Virus record (IMG/VR): IMGVR_UViG_3300030019_000007
Strand: one strand, 5' to 3'
DNA from: a virus
Taxonomy: Duplodnaviria > Heunggongvirae > Uroviricota > Caudoviricetes
DNA length: 42,868 nt
Below the pieces are notes generated by a model. That model had not been told where the DNA came from, ran no database searches, and saw only the letters and a program-made list of their open reading frames with translations. The translations under genes and the position numbers were made by a program. How positions within the stretch are numbered: the stretch's first letter is position 1; every line of letters starts with the position of its first letter. Shown piece by piece: positions 15,447 to 24,925 of the stretch.

Positions 15447-16046
15447 ATGAGTTACAATAAAGAAGAATTGGAAGATTTAATCTTAATACAAAAGATTAGT
15501 TACCAAGAACTTGGTAAAAAATATAATTGTTCAGGTAATAACATCAAAAAAGTTGCTAAAAAGTTGGGGATTACCCTTCCCAAGCGTCGAATAATTAATG
15601 ATAAAGAAACTTTTGGTAAAGGCAATAGAAAAAATAAAAAGTATTGTCTAAATTGTGGAAATCTTTTAGATAGCGGCCAGAAGAAATTTTGTTGCCCTCA
15701 ATGTCAACAAAATTCTCAATCTTTAGCTTTTTTAAAAGATTGGAAAAATGGATTACTTACAGGAATTTCTGGTCAATATGGGATTTCTTCTCATATTAAG
15801 AACTATTTATTTAATAAAAATAATAATGCTTGTGAAATTTGTGGATGGGATAAGATCAATCTTATTTCTAATAGAGTTCCTTTACAAATGCATCATATTG
15901 ATGGCAATTGCTTAAATAATATAGAAAATAATTTACAATTATTATGTCCAAATTGCCACTCTTTAACAGAAACATTTGGGAATCTTAATAAAAATTCTAA
16001 AAGAGTTTTTCGTAAACAAAAAGAAAATATGGGCTGTGTAGTGTAA
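15447..16046 (+). CDS. HNH homing endonuclease (paralog of 3106..3705)
   Basis: CEIC...MHHIDGNCLNN...LLCPNCHS; shares YNCSGxNIKKVAK; stop lies inside tRNA-Ala. Confidence 0.9.
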   Translation: MSYNKEELEDLILIQKISYQELGKKYNCSGNNIKKVAKKLGITLPKRRIINDKETFGKGNRKNKKYCLNCGNLLDSGQKKFCCPQCQQNSQSLAFLKDWKNGLLTGISGQYGISSHIKNYLFNKNNNACEICGWDKINLISNRVPLQMHHIDGNCLNNIENNLQLLCPNCHSLTETFGNLNKNSKRVFRKQKENMGCVV

Positions 16047-16104
16047 ACTGATTAGCACGAGACATTTGCATTGTCTAAGAGGAGTTTAAATCTCACACGG
16101 TCCA
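16031..16104 (+). tRNA. tRNA-Ala (TGC), 8-bp acceptor
   Basis: G3-U70, AGACA-TT TGC AT-TGTCT. Confidence 0.8.
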
Positions 16105-16119
16105 CTAAAATTTACACAT

Positions 16120-16977
16120 ATGAAAATGAACTTACCTTGGCCTTTTCCGGATGAGGAAGGATTTCCATCGTTCGATGCACTGGAAGATTTAGATGAAATA
16201 CAAAATTTACCTTTTAAAGAAAGTCGTAAGGCATTTCTAACAAGGAAATATGGAGATATGTGGAATACACAAAAGTTTGATCATTCATGGATGCGTAGTG
16301 ATAAATCTATGTATTATTGGGTTAAAATTGAAAGAGTTATTAAAAAATTTTTAGGAAAATCATTTGATGATGCATTTAGTTATTATTGTACTTTAGTTCC
16401 TTTATATGAACAAGAGAAATTTCTTAAAGAATTTGAACCATATAGAGGTTATTATCAAAATAATTATATTGTAGATGATAATCGAAACATTGTTTTAAAT
16501 CCTGATAGATATATTAATAAGAAAAAACCTGTTACTCTTTATTCATCTGATTATACAATCGGATATAGATTAAAAGCACCATATCTAAGAGCAGTTTCAT
16601 TTTTAAAAGTTGCAAGACAAATAACTTTTCTTCAATATAAACAACTACAATATCCGACTGATTGGGTAAGAATTAGGACAGGTGCTACACAAGATTGTTA
16701 TGAGCCTATTGTAGTTCAGGGAAAGGAATTTGTTTATGAAAACAAACATGTAAAGGAATATGTTCGAGTTATTAGAACATTAGCTATTAAAAGAAAACAT
16801 GATCAAAAAGCATTAAAGAAATACAATAGAACTAAAGCCTTGTGTTTCCTAACTGATGATGAACTTCAAAAACGTAAAGATCGTATAGAAGGAATTGAAA
16901 TAAGAGATCGTCATGGATTTGATGATAATAGTTTTAAAGGAGACCCATATCATGGGCAACAACGTAAAAATAAATAA
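16120..16977 (+). CDS. hypothetical protein
   Basis: 285-aa ORF. Confidence 0.75.
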   Translation: MKMNLPWPFPDEEGFPSFDALEDLDEIQNLPFKESRKAFLTRKYGDMWNTQKFDHSWMRSDKSMYYWVKIERVIKKFLGKSFDDAFSYYCTLVPLYEQEKFLKEFEPYRGYYQNNYIVDDNRNIVLNPDRYINKKKPVTLYSSDYTIGYRLKAPYLRAVSFLKVARQITFLQYKQLQYPTDWVRIRTGATQDCYEPIVVQGKEFVYENKHVKEYVRVIRTLAIKRKHDQKALKKYNRTKALCFLTDDELQKRKDRIEGIEIRDRHGFDDNSFKGDPYHGQQRKNK

Positions 16978-17151
16978 TCATGGGATACAAAAAAATCCAA
17001 AATAACGAACCATTAGTGTTAGGGCCCGAAGATTGGACACCAGAAGAATGGATTACACTATGTAAGCTATTTGATGTGTCTGCAGAAAATACAGAAATTA
17101 TTAAAGTTGATTTCAAGGAATTCGAAATCTTTGAGAAAGATTAAATAATAT

Positions 17152-17224
17152 GTTCCTGTAGTTTAGTTGAATAAAATTCGGGTCTACGGAACCTGCGTCC
17201 CGGGTTTGAATCCCGGTGGGAACA
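17152..17224 (+). tRNA. tRNA-Arg (ACG)
   Basis: CGGGT-CT ACG GA-ACCTG; complete cloverleaf. Confidence 0.88.
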
Positions 17225-17235
17225 CAATAGAATAT

Positions 17236-17315
17236 CGGGGTGTAGCTCAGTTAGGAAGAGCAGCTGTTGAAACATGCAGAAGGTCACGTACAAGGTTCAA
17301 ATCCCGTCACCCTGA
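17236..17315 (+). tRNA. atypical tRNA-like element (Pro-like body)
   Basis: CGGGGTG/CACCCTG, GCTC/GAGC, TTCAAAT; anticodon arm irregular. Confidence 0.55.
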
Positions 17316-17338
17316 CAAAATTTAAAAATAAAAAGATT

Positions 17339-18019
17339 ATGACATTAGAAGATTACATTAAAAAACAGTATCCTTCTCAAATAGAAGAGTTTAAACGATA
17401 TAGTACTCCATACTATTATGAACCAGGTGTAATTTATCGTACACTTACCAATGGGTTCGGTGAAGGTAGGCCCGGGATTAGTCAATTTATGATCAAAAAT
17501 GCTTTCTATAGTGATACTGATATGCAATTGACATTGACCAAAATAGGTCATCCAGAAGATAGTTATGGAGTCTCAATGTCTGAGGCATATTTAAAACTTA
17601 AAAGAGAAGTTGAAGAAGAACCTAAAGGTATTCCCATTCCAAATAATAAAAGTGACTTTAACATAGTTGTTAATAATAAACATTATAGAATACACCAAGC
17701 TTATTGGCGAAATTATGACACTAAACGATTAGGTGGAAGATTGTGGATACATTGTGATGAAGATTTACCAAGTAATAGACATCAGCCATATTACGAATTG
17801 TATTGTTACTTTGGGAGTAAATGGCATCTTAAACATGTACATTCTTATGATAGTGTTTATAGGGAGCAATATGATATAAAATTTAACATTTCTGTAAGAG
17901 AGTTTAAGCAAACTGTATTTGGAGATCCTAATATAAAATTTATACATGAACCAGTTCAAGAACTTTCAGATAAGGTGGAAAGAGCCATTAGGGCTTCCAG
18001 AATGCCCTTATCTTTATAG
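17339..18019 (+). CDS. hypothetical protein
   Basis: ATG 17339 (MTLEDY); upstream extension overlaps the tRNA-like element. Confidence 0.7.
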   Translation: MTLEDYIKKQYPSQIEEFKRYSTPYYYEPGVIYRTLTNGFGEGRPGISQFMIKNAFYSDTDMQLTLTKIGHPEDSYGVSMSEAYLKLKREVEEEPKGIPIPNNKSDFNIVVNNKHYRIHQAYWRNYDTKRLGGRLWIHCDEDLPSNRHQPYYELYCYFGSKWHLKHVHSYDSVYREQYDIKFNISVREFKQTVFGDPNIKFIHEPVQELSDKVERAIRASRMPLSL

Positions 18020-18365
18020 GTGGACTTTCATATTCTTTGGATATTCTATTCGATTACATCACTGGTTACGCTCCGATGATAGGAGATTTTTTCATGATCA
18101 CTCATGTGATTTAATCTCTATTATCATTAAAGGTAAATACAAAAATGTAACTCCTAATGGAACTTTTGAAGCTAAAGCTTGGAAACCAAGAAGAATGAAA
18201 GCAACAGATCAACATTATTTAGATATTCCTAAAGAAGGAGCATGGACTATATTGTTGTGTAGCAGACCCTATCATAAATGGGGATTTTATGTAAATAATC
18301 ATAAATGGAGACCTTTAAGGTATTTCTCTAAATATGGTGTAATACAAACAAAAGATTATCAATAA
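17946..18365 (+). CDS. cupin-like phage protein
   Basis: RLHHW..SD...HDH and later H motif. Confidence 0.6.
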   Translation: MNQFKNFQIRWKEPLGLPECPYLYRWTFIFFGYSIRLHHWLRSDDRRFFHDHSCDLISIIIKGKYKNVTPNGTFEAKAWKPRRMKATDQHYLDIPKEGAWTILLCSRPYHKWGFYVNNHKWRPLRYFSKYGVIQTKDYQ

Positions 18366-18559
18366 TGAAAATAGTAGTAGCTTATTGGCATGGCCAAATT
18401 GAAGGATTAAAATATACTCATAATGAAGAATTTGAATATTCGGATGAAAAAAGAACTGAAATTATTGATTATTTTTTAGTTAGAGGTTATTCGGTAATGT
18501 TGAGACCTTTAGAGAGATTTTTAATTTGGGTAGATAAAGGGAGATTTGGACAAAGATGA
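18365..18559 (+). CDS. hypothetical protein
   Basis: ORF track, coupled. Confidence 0.6.
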   Translation: MKIVVAYWHGQIEGLKYTHNEEFEYSDEKRTEIIDYFLVRGYSVMLRPLERFLIWVDKGRFGQR

Positions 18560-18741
18560 AAAAAGTAAAAATGTTCCTATTCGCCAAATGGATGGCAATG
18601 AATTATAACAGTAGTGAAATGAATTCCTCTTATGGAGATTGGTGGAAAACACAATTAAAACACTTTAACAAACATGTTTTTCCTAATTACATTGAGAATG
18701 GTACTGTTAAAAATACAAAGAAGTACTTGAAAAAGAAATAA
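18556..18741 (+). CDS. hypothetical protein
   Basis: ORF track, coupled. Confidence 0.6.
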   Translation: MKKVKMFLFAKWMAMNYNSSEMNSSYGDWWKTQLKHFNKHVFPNYIENGTVKNTKKYLKKK

Positions 18742-18744
18742 AAT

Positions 18745-18769
18745 GGGTTGGTAGCTCAATGGTAGAGCA
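18745..18769 (+). pseudogene. 5' tRNA fragment
   Basis: GGGTTGG-TA-GCTCAATGGTAGAGC-A with no 3' half adjacent. Confidence 0.55.
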
Positions 18770-18787
18770 AAGTAAATAATAAATATA

Positions 18788-19003
18788 ATGCATGTAAATA
18801 AAAATAAACCAGGAATATTAGAACTTTGGTGGGGAGGTGATGCTCTGTATCATGAAAGTGATTTATATTTCCAAAAAACTTCAGAGGTTAAAGAATATGT
18901 TCAAAATAAATTTAAAGGCCTCTATAAAGGAAAAACATTAGATTTATATTTTGACCAACCAACAGCTGGAAATAGTAATCATATAATGATTACAATAAAA
19001 TAA
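18788..19003 (+). CDS. hypothetical protein
   Basis: ORF track. Confidence 0.6.
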   Translation: MHVNKNKPGILELWWGGDALYHESDLYFQKTSEVKEYVQNKFKGLYKGKTLDLYFDQPTAGNSNHIMITIK

Positions 19004-19064
19004 TTCTTAACAACACTTGTTAATCTAGCATATTTTTATTATATTTGTACTTATCAATTTAAGT

Positions 19065-19400
19065 ATGGATGCAATAAGAGAGTGTAAAATTCATGGTTTA
19101 ACAAACCATAGACAAGATGCTAATGGAAGATGGCGTTGTAAAGCTTGTGCTGTAGATGCAGTACAAAAAAGAAGAATAAAAGTAAAACTTCTTGCAATAG
19201 AGTATAAAGGTGGAAAATGTGAAATCTGCGGATATAATAAATATGCAGGAGCATTAGATTTTCATTATAGAGACCCATTACAAAAAGAATTTGCAATAGG
19301 TGCAAAAGGATATACAAGAAGTTTAGAAAAAATAAAAGAAGAATTAGACAAATGTCAATTACTATGTGCAAATTGTCATAGAGAATTACATAGTATGTAA
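19065..19400 (+). CDS. HNH homing endonuclease (LDFHY variant)
   Basis: CEIC...LDFHY...KCQLLCANCHRELH; promoter box TATATTTG at 19040. Confidence 0.85.
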   Translation: MDAIRECKIHGLTNHRQDANGRWRCKACAVDAVQKRRIKVKLLAIEYKGGKCEICGYNKYAGALDFHYRDPLQKEFAIGAKGYTRSLEKIKEELDKCQLLCANCHRELHSM

Positions 19401-19405
19401 AATAA

Positions 19406-19492
19406 GTCTCGGTTGCCTTAGTTGGTCGAAAGGTCTAGACTGTTAATCTAGTGTGCTTTGCACCATCGTGGGTTCGAATCCCACCCTTGACT
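19406..19492 (+). tRNA. tRNA-Asn (GTT) with long variable arm
   Basis: CTAGA-CT GTT AA-TCTAG, V-stem GTGC/GCAC; two acceptor mismatches. Confidence 0.75.
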
Positions 19493-19494
19493 CT

Positions 19495-19568
19495 GTGTAT
19501 GATCCCGAAGTTGACGAGGGGCTGGTTTGTGGAACCAGTTGAAGTGGGTACAAGTCCCATCTTACACC
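19495..19568 (+). tRNA. tRNA-His (GTG)
   Basis: CTGGT-TT GTG GA-ACCAG, C73; position -1 is T. Confidence 0.85.
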
Positions 19569-19570
19569 CA

Positions 19571-19601
19571 AAAGGAAGTTCGCAAGAGCTTCCTTTTTTT
19601 T
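19571..19601 (+). terminator. intrinsic terminator
   Basis: AAAGGAAGTTC-GCAA-GAGCTTCCTTT plus T-run. Confidence 0.8.
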
Positions 19602-19619
19602 AATTTAATCCTATTAATT

Positions 19620-19778
19620 ATGATTGACATAGAATCAGCAACAAAAGAAGAACTATTAATTGAGTACGAAGAGATGGAAAAATTATGGGGAATGTATTCC
19701 TGTGATTGTTTTGGGTATTATATTATAGCTCTTCAAAAGAGAATTATGTTACTTGGTGGATTTCCATTACATAAATAA
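19620..19778 (+). CDS. small hypothetical protein
   Basis: Probable start MIDIES; ORF-track extension crosses tRNA-His. Confidence 0.5.
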   Translation: MIDIESATKEELLIEYEEMEKLWGMYSCDCFGYYIIALQKRIMLLGGFPLHK

Positions 19779-19783
19779 ATCTT

Positions 19784-20011
19784 ATGGCAAAAGATAAAGA
19801 ATTCGAGAAAGAATACCAAGCTGAACGATTAAGAAGGACAAAAATTCGTAAAGCTAAAAGAAGAGAAAACAATAATGGTATGTGTAAGTGTGGAGTAAAT
19901 CGTAGAACTAAACCACATGCTTGCCCATATGATGAAGATATGCGTGGTATTTATACTGCAAATTGTACATGTTGTCCAGAGTGTGAGCATGAATGTGCCA
20001 TGGATATTTAA
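19784..20011 (+). CDS. small Cys-rich protein
   Basis: HACPY...CTCCPECEHECAMDI. Confidence 0.65.
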   Translation: MAKDKEFEKEYQAERLRRTKIRKAKRRENNNGMCKCGVNRRTKPHACPYDEDMRGIYTANCTCCPECEHECAMDI

Positions 20012-20014
20012 AAC

Positions 20015-20070
20015 TGCGAGGTAGCTCAGTGGTAGAGCGGTTGTCGGGAGTTCGATTCTCTCCTTCGCTA
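20015..20070 (+). tRNA. 56-nt tRNA-like element with no anticodon arm
   Basis: Acceptor, GCTC-AGTGGTA-GAGC, 7-nt linker, GGGAG-TTCGATT-CTCTC. Confidence 0.65.
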
Positions 20071-20088
20071 CTAATCAAAAATAGATAA

Positions 20089-20355
20089 ATGTTAATAACA
20101 ATCCTAGGCTTTTTAGCCACATTCTTAATCAATATAGCATATGTACCACAAGTGTACAAAACTATTAAAACAAAGAATGTTGATGGGCTAAGCCTTATAA
20201 TGCTAATTATCTTAATATTAGCAGGAATACTTTGGGTTATCTATGGAGTAATACTTGATAGTCTCCCTTTAATTATATGCAATAGTATCAATATGATACA
20301 ATCTTGCATTTTACTTTTTTATAAATTGAAATATGACCTTACAAGAAAAAATTAA
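20089..20355 (+). CDS. SemiSWEET/PQ-loop membrane transporter
   Basis: Three TM helices, VPQVYKTIKTK..GLS, LWVIYG. Confidence 0.85.
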   Translation: MLITILGFLATFLINIAYVPQVYKTIKTKNVDGLSLIMLIILILAGILWVIYGVILDSLPLIICNSINMIQSCILLFYKLKYDLTRKN

Positions 20356-20719
20356 TGACGATTTAAGAAAAGCCATTATCTCAAAAAATGAACCAGTAAA
20401 ATTACTTTTACGAGTAGTAATTGGTGACTTTAGTAGAGTTGCTAAAGTTCTAACTGACGATCAAGTACTCAAGATTGTTAAGAAGATGAGTGAAGAGGCA
20501 GCAGAATGTAATAATTCAGAGGAAATTACCATTCTTGCCAAATACATCCCTGAAAGTATAAGCGAGTTAACTGTAAAAACTATTGTACAAGATATAGTTG
20601 ACAGTAATGATTACACTCAAAAAGACATCGGTAAAATCATGCCTGCTTGTAAAGAGCGCTTAGGTAAAGATTTTGATGGTAAAATGGTTTCAAAAGTGCT
20701 TAAAGAAATTTTTGCATAA
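20333..20719 (+). CDS. GatB/YqeY domain protein
   Basis: LQEKINDDLRKA...ILAKYIP...KDIGKIM...DGKMVS. Confidence 0.85.
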   Translation: MTLQEKINDDLRKAIISKNEPVKLLLRVVIGDFSRVAKVLTDDQVLKIVKKMSEEAAECNNSEEITILAKYIPESISELTVKTIVQDIVDSNDYTQKDIGKIMPACKERLGKDFDGKMVSKVLKEIFA

Positions 20720-20734
20720 AATATAAATGGCTAT

Positions 20735-20799
20735 AAAATAGTTACTTCTGGTTAAACTTTAGGGGAAACTCTAAAATACGGTTCAAATCCGACTATTTT
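20735..20799 (+). ncRNA. tRNA-like / possible Y-RNA-like element
   Basis: AAAATAGT/ACTATTTT stem, GTTACTTC, GAAA-capped stem, CGG-TTCAAAT-CCG T-arm. Confidence 0.4.
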
Positions 20800-21033
20800 A
20801 ATTTCTATTTTCATCTATTAAAAATTACTTATGATAGTTATTATACTATTAATTTTAGCCTTTATTGGCGGATTAAAAATTCAAAAAAATTATGCTCCAA
20901 AATTATATATTGAAGCACTTAATCTTAAACTCCAAACTACTAAAGAAGGGGTAGTAAAAACTACAGTTTTATTATAATTTTGTCCCAAATATAAAACATA
21001 TTTGGGACAATTCAAACTTCTAATTAACAGTTT

Positions 21034-21747
21034 ATGAACAACTTGTATAATGTAGATTTAAAGAAATTATCCGAGCTACCTAAAAGAGCAGGTTGGAAAC
21101 ACCGTGTAATACGGGATTCTGATTACCGTAACCATAGCTGGTACAGTACAGAAACATACAGAAGAGCTAGTGCTATAGTTAATAATTCTGTTGGAATGAA
21201 TATCAATCAGGTTATTACTAAAATAAAGCCTCTCATACCTCCACAAGAAAATTTAGATTATTTTCTTAGTTGGAATTACAATTGGATAACACTCGATCAT
21301 AAGGTCATGGATCGACATGGTAGAATAAGCGAGATGCCTGCACCCAGTAGATATGGATCATATAATAGTCTATATATACAACCTGATGGATATATTATCC
21401 GGATAAATGGAGGAATACGCCGTCATTACTCTCCTATTGAACTAGCTAGACAGCATGAAGCTAAATTAGCGAGCAGACAAAAAGCAAAACAAATTAAAGC
21501 TGATAAGGAACTAAAAGCTCAAATACTTGTATATCTTATCAATTTACCAGATAGTATTAAGTACAGAAGATGGGAAAGTGATTATGGACCAATTGGACCA
21601 GATTATTATCGTTGTCTTTTGAATTTATTTGTAGGAACCTATACAGAGATTTATAGTTTTGAAGCTATTAAATCTTTTGCAGAAGGTATTGAACAACAGT
21701 ATTTTGAAGAAACAGGAATTAAATATAAAAACGGAAAAAGAGTATGA
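21034..21747 (+). CDS. hypothetical protein
   Basis: 237-aa ORF. Confidence 0.7.
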   Translation: MNNLYNVDLKKLSELPKRAGWKHRVIRDSDYRNHSWYSTETYRRASAIVNNSVGMNINQVITKIKPLIPPQENLDYFLSWNYNWITLDHKVMDRHGRISEMPAPSRYGSYNSLYIQPDGYIIRINGGIRRHYSPIELARQHEAKLASRQKAKQIKADKELKAQILVYLINLPDSIKYRRWESDYGPIGPDYYRCLLNLFVGTYTEIYSFEAIKSFAEGIEQQYFEETGIKYKNGKRV

Positions 21748-22064
21748 TTCTAATGAATGGAATAATTTATAATGGTAGTAATATCATTATGGCTAATAAT
21801 AAAATTATCATTGATGGTAAAGATGTTACTCCTGACACAAAAGAAATTCACATTATTGTTAATGGTAATGTCGAGACTTTAGAAATAGGTTACTGTAATG
21901 ATTTTCAAATGACTGGTGATGCAGGATCTGTTAAATCTGGAAGTGGTAACATAGAAATCTATGGAACTATAACTGGTGATGTTAAAGCAGGATCCGGAAA
22001 CATTCATTGTGGTAATGTAGGAGGTAGTGTAAAAACTGGCTCTGGTAATATTAGAAAAAACTAA
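21744..22064 (+). CDS. Gly-rich beta-repeat protein (DUF4097-like)
   Basis: Repeated GxVKxGSGNI. Confidence 0.65.
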   Translation: MILMNGIIYNGSNIIMANNKIIIDGKDVTPDTKEIHIIVNGNVETLEIGYCNDFQMTGDAGSVKSGSGNIEIYGTITGDVKAGSGNIHCGNVGGSVKTGSGNIRKN

Positions 22065-22324
22065 TGAAATATATATTTTTAATAATTTGGTATGTATTAG
22101 TATTTGTAGGTATCATTCTATGGATTGTAGGATATATTGTTGCATGGCCATTGTATCAGCTTTGGGATTTTAAGTATAGAAAATTTACTTGGGGTGATTG
22201 GTCACAAACATCTCATGATAACTTAACTTCTGTAACTGGAAGTGGTTATTGGCATAATGTTGAGGATCCTCAAACAACTAATCCATGGCAAACTTACATA
22301 AAGTTTTGTAAATTAAAATTATGA
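22064..22324 (+). CDS. hypothetical membrane protein
   Basis: N-terminal TM segment. Confidence 0.6.
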   Translation: MKYIFLIIWYVLVFVGIILWIVGYIVAWPLYQLWDFKYRKFTWGDWSQTSHDNLTSVTGSGYWHNVEDPQTTNPWQTYIKFCKLKL

Positions 22325-23007
22325 GCAACACATTTGTCGCAGGAGATATCCACGGAGATCTTCGTGGATTACTTCAAGTATTAAAGTTAAGTAACTTTGA
22401 CAAACAAGAAGACATTCTAATTTGTTTAGGTGATGTGGCGGATGGCTGGCCAGAAACAGCTGAGGTAATCGAAGAATTACTAACAATAAAAAATTTAATT
22501 CCGATCATGGGAAATCATGATTATTGGTTGAATAATTATCTAACTTACGGCTGGGCTCCTCCTCTTTGGTTAATGCAAGGAGGTCAAGCTACCTATGATA
22601 GTTATATTAAGAACAATACTTTAAAAGATAAACACAGAGATATGTACTTTGCAAAATGTACATACTACTATATTGATAAAGACCATAATGCATACGTGCA
22701 TGGTGGTTACACCTCAAAAGAAGGTTTAGGTTACGATAGTCAAGATACTTATATGTGGGATAGAAGTCTTTGGGAAAAAGCTAAATCTTCTAAGGGTACT
22801 AGACTAAAAATGACTAAAATGTATAATAGGCTCTTTATAGGGCATACTTCATTAGGTTGGAGTTTGCCCCAAAAAAGGGGGAACGTCTGGAACGTCGATT
22901 GCGGAGGAGGATTTGAAGGATCGTTATGTTTGATGAACGTTGAAACCGAAGAATATTTCATGTCAGACAGAGTTAAATTATTGTATCCTGAAGTTCAGGG
23001 TAGATAA
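22321..23007 (+). CDS. calcineurin-like metallophosphoesterase (lambda phosphatase-like)
   Basis: GDIHG, GDVAD, GNHD, VHGG, GHT. Confidence 0.9.
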   Translation: MSNTFVAGDIHGDLRGLLQVLKLSNFDKQEDILICLGDVADGWPETAEVIEELLTIKNLIPIMGNHDYWLNNYLTYGWAPPLWLMQGGQATYDSYIKNNTLKDKHRDMYFAKCTYYYIDKDHNAYVHGGYTSKEGLGYDSQDTYMWDRSLWEKAKSSKGTRLKMTKMYNRLFIGHTSLGWSLPQKRGNVWNVDCGGGFEGSLCLMNVETEEYFMSDRVKLLYPEVQGR

Positions 23008-23027
23008 TAAACAAGTAATGAATAATT

Positions 23028-23258
23028 ATGATAAATGAAAGTGGATTAGAATTTAAAAACATTAGTACAGAAGAAAAACGTATTTACGAATGGGAAAGTG
23101 GTGCTACAATAACCATTGCAATGCCTGAATATTTAAATGTGAGTCCAAGTGGCGGACATAGAATATTAGATCATTTTGGTGTTAGTCATTATATTCCAAG
23201 TGGATGGATACATTTATCATGGACAGTATTTGAAAATGCACCTAATTTTGTAAAATAA
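23028..23258 (+). CDS. hypothetical protein
   Basis: ORF track. Confidence 0.65.
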   Translation: MINESGLEFKNISTEEKRIYEWESGATITIAMPEYLNVSPSGGHRILDHFGVSHYIPSGWIHLSWTVFENAPNFVK

Positions 23259-23600
23259 ATGAAAAAACTACTACTATTGTTACTACTATTATGTAGTATG
23301 ACTGTATTCAGTCAAACCAAATCTGATTCTATTCAGATAAATCATGTAATAACCTGTTTACATCATTATCAATATGAGAGAACAGATGCTGTTGTTGCCG
23401 GATTAACTGGCATAGCTATTATGGCTTATATTTCTGCTAATACAGAAATTACTAAGTCAGATGAACAGAATCATCATGCTGGTTTATATATAGCTGGTGG
23501 CTTCTTTGTCTTAAGTGCTATAAAATTTATTAGTGCTGAGAGATGGTTAGGTAGAAGTAAACTTACTTTTACCGGTAATACTTTAAAAATAAATTTCTAA
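23259..23600 (+). CDS. secreted/membrane protein
   Basis: Signal peptide MKKLLLLL..., two hydrophobic segments, terminal F. Confidence 0.65.
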   Translation: MKKLLLLLLLLCSMTVFSQTKSDSIQINHVITCLHHYQYERTDAVVAGLTGIAIMAYISANTEITKSDEQNHHAGLYIAGGFFVLSAIKFISAERWLGRSKLTFTGNTLKINF

Positions 23601-23613
23601 AAAATTAACGCTT

Positions 23614-24081
23614 ATGAAGAAGTTAAAAATAATAATCTTATGTGCAATGATATCATTCATTTCATATAATTTAAGTCCAAATACAATTATTTGTAAGGCT
23701 ATTCCACAACAAAAAGTACAAACGAAAGTTTTAGCTTATAATGTTGGACTTAGAAAAGCAAATGGTAGATTTAGAAAATTTACTACTCCAGAGGCGGGTT
23801 ATAATGCATTAGTAAATGATATTGAAATCAAGCAAAGCGGTAGAAGCCATGTTATGGATTCTACTGTTACACTTGAAGAATTCATACAACTATATGTTCC
23901 TAGTTTTGAAAACAATACCTCTAAGTATATAAACATTCTTAGAGATTCATTACAAGTTCCTAAACATACTCCGTTAACAATGATCGATAAATTTTCCTTA
24001 GCTAAGTATATACTTATGATGGAGAATAAAAAAATATTCGATCTTTTATTTGGAGAAGTAAAATCACAAGAAGAATTATAA
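23614..24081 (+). CDS. secreted lysozyme-like fold protein
   Basis: Signal/anchor; FTTPEAGYNAL...TLEEFI..YVP..ENNT..Y. Confidence 0.45.
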   Translation: MKKLKIIILCAMISFISYNLSPNTIICKAIPQQKVQTKVLAYNVGLRKANGRFRKFTTPEAGYNALVNDIEIKQSGRSHVMDSTVTLEEFIQLYVPSFENNTSKYINILRDSLQVPKHTPLTMIDKFSLAKYILMMENKKIFDLLFGEVKSQEEL

Positions 24082-24290
24082 TGTCAAAATCTATAAATCC
24101 TGGAGAAGCTAAATGCTACCAGTGTAAACATAAACGAAACGTCCCTGGTGATGCACATATTTCATGTAGTAAGTCTGATCCTCAAGTAAGAGGAGATTCC
24201 CATGGAATAAAAAATGGATGGTTTATATATCCATTCGTGTTTGATCCAATTTGGATGATTGTTGAATGTCAAAACTTTGAAGCGAAATGA
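24081..24290 (+). CDS. small Cys-containing protein
   Basis: ORF track. Confidence 0.6.
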   Translation: MSKSINPGEAKCYQCKHKRNVPGDAHISCSKSDPQVRGDSHGIKNGWFIYPFVFDPIWMIVECQNFEAK

Positions 24291-24679
24291 TAAATTACAA
24301 TCTATTCCTTGATGACTTCAGGTATCCGGAAGATGCTTTTAATTATACAGGTAATACTTTATACCTAAAAGAAAAGTGGACTATAGTTCGTGATTATAAA
24401 CAGTTTGTTAAGTTTATTGAACGTTATGGTCTTCCAAATATGGTCTCATTTGATCATGACTTAGCTGATATCCATTATAATCAGCAATCTGCTGATGATA
24501 CCAATTATGAGGCAGAAGATCAGGAAATGACTGGTTATCACTGTGCTAAATGGATGATTGAGTATTGTATGGATAATAATGAGGAACTTCCTCAAACCAT
24601 TCTTGTTCATTCAATGAATGTGATTGGTAAAGAAAATATTGAACAATTAATTAAAAACTACAGAAGATCATGTGTATAG
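24287..24679 (+). CDS. cyclic-phosphate-processing receiver-like domain protein
   Basis: LFLDDFRxP, SFDHDL, TGY, HSMNxxG. Confidence 0.8.
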   Translation: MINYNLFLDDFRYPEDAFNYTGNTLYLKEKWTIVRDYKQFVKFIERYGLPNMVSFDHDLADIHYNQQSADDTNYEAEDQEMTGYHCAKWMIEYCMDNNEELPQTILVHSMNVIGKENIEQLIKNYRRSCV

Positions 24680-24918
24680 CAATTTTTATAATACTTTATC
24701 TTATAGTCTTTTGCCTAAGTATTTATATTCTTAAGAAGTTTTCAAAAACTTTTGATATGAACTATGATGAAGAAAAAACCTATGCTAATTATGATGATTG
24801 GGATAGTAACTCTGAGGCTGCTGTAGTATTTTCAATGTTCTGGCCTCTTTATTGGTGTATAACTTTAGTAAGAAAAATACTTGGATTTACAATTAAAGTG
24901 GTAGACAAAATAAAATAA
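24670..24918 (+). CDS. small membrane protein
   Basis: Two hydrophobic segments, FWP. Confidence 0.6.
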   Translation: MCIAIFIILYLIVFCLSIYILKKFSKTFDMNYDEEKTYANYDDWDSNSEAAVVFSMFWPLYWCITLVRKILGFTIKVVDKIK

Positions 24919-24925
24919 AATAAAA

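Noticed and set aside
20980-21010. 13-bp hairpin TTGTCCCAAATAT/ATATTTGGGACAA
   Set aside because: Real inverted repeat but without a U-tract or second copy; function cannot be supported
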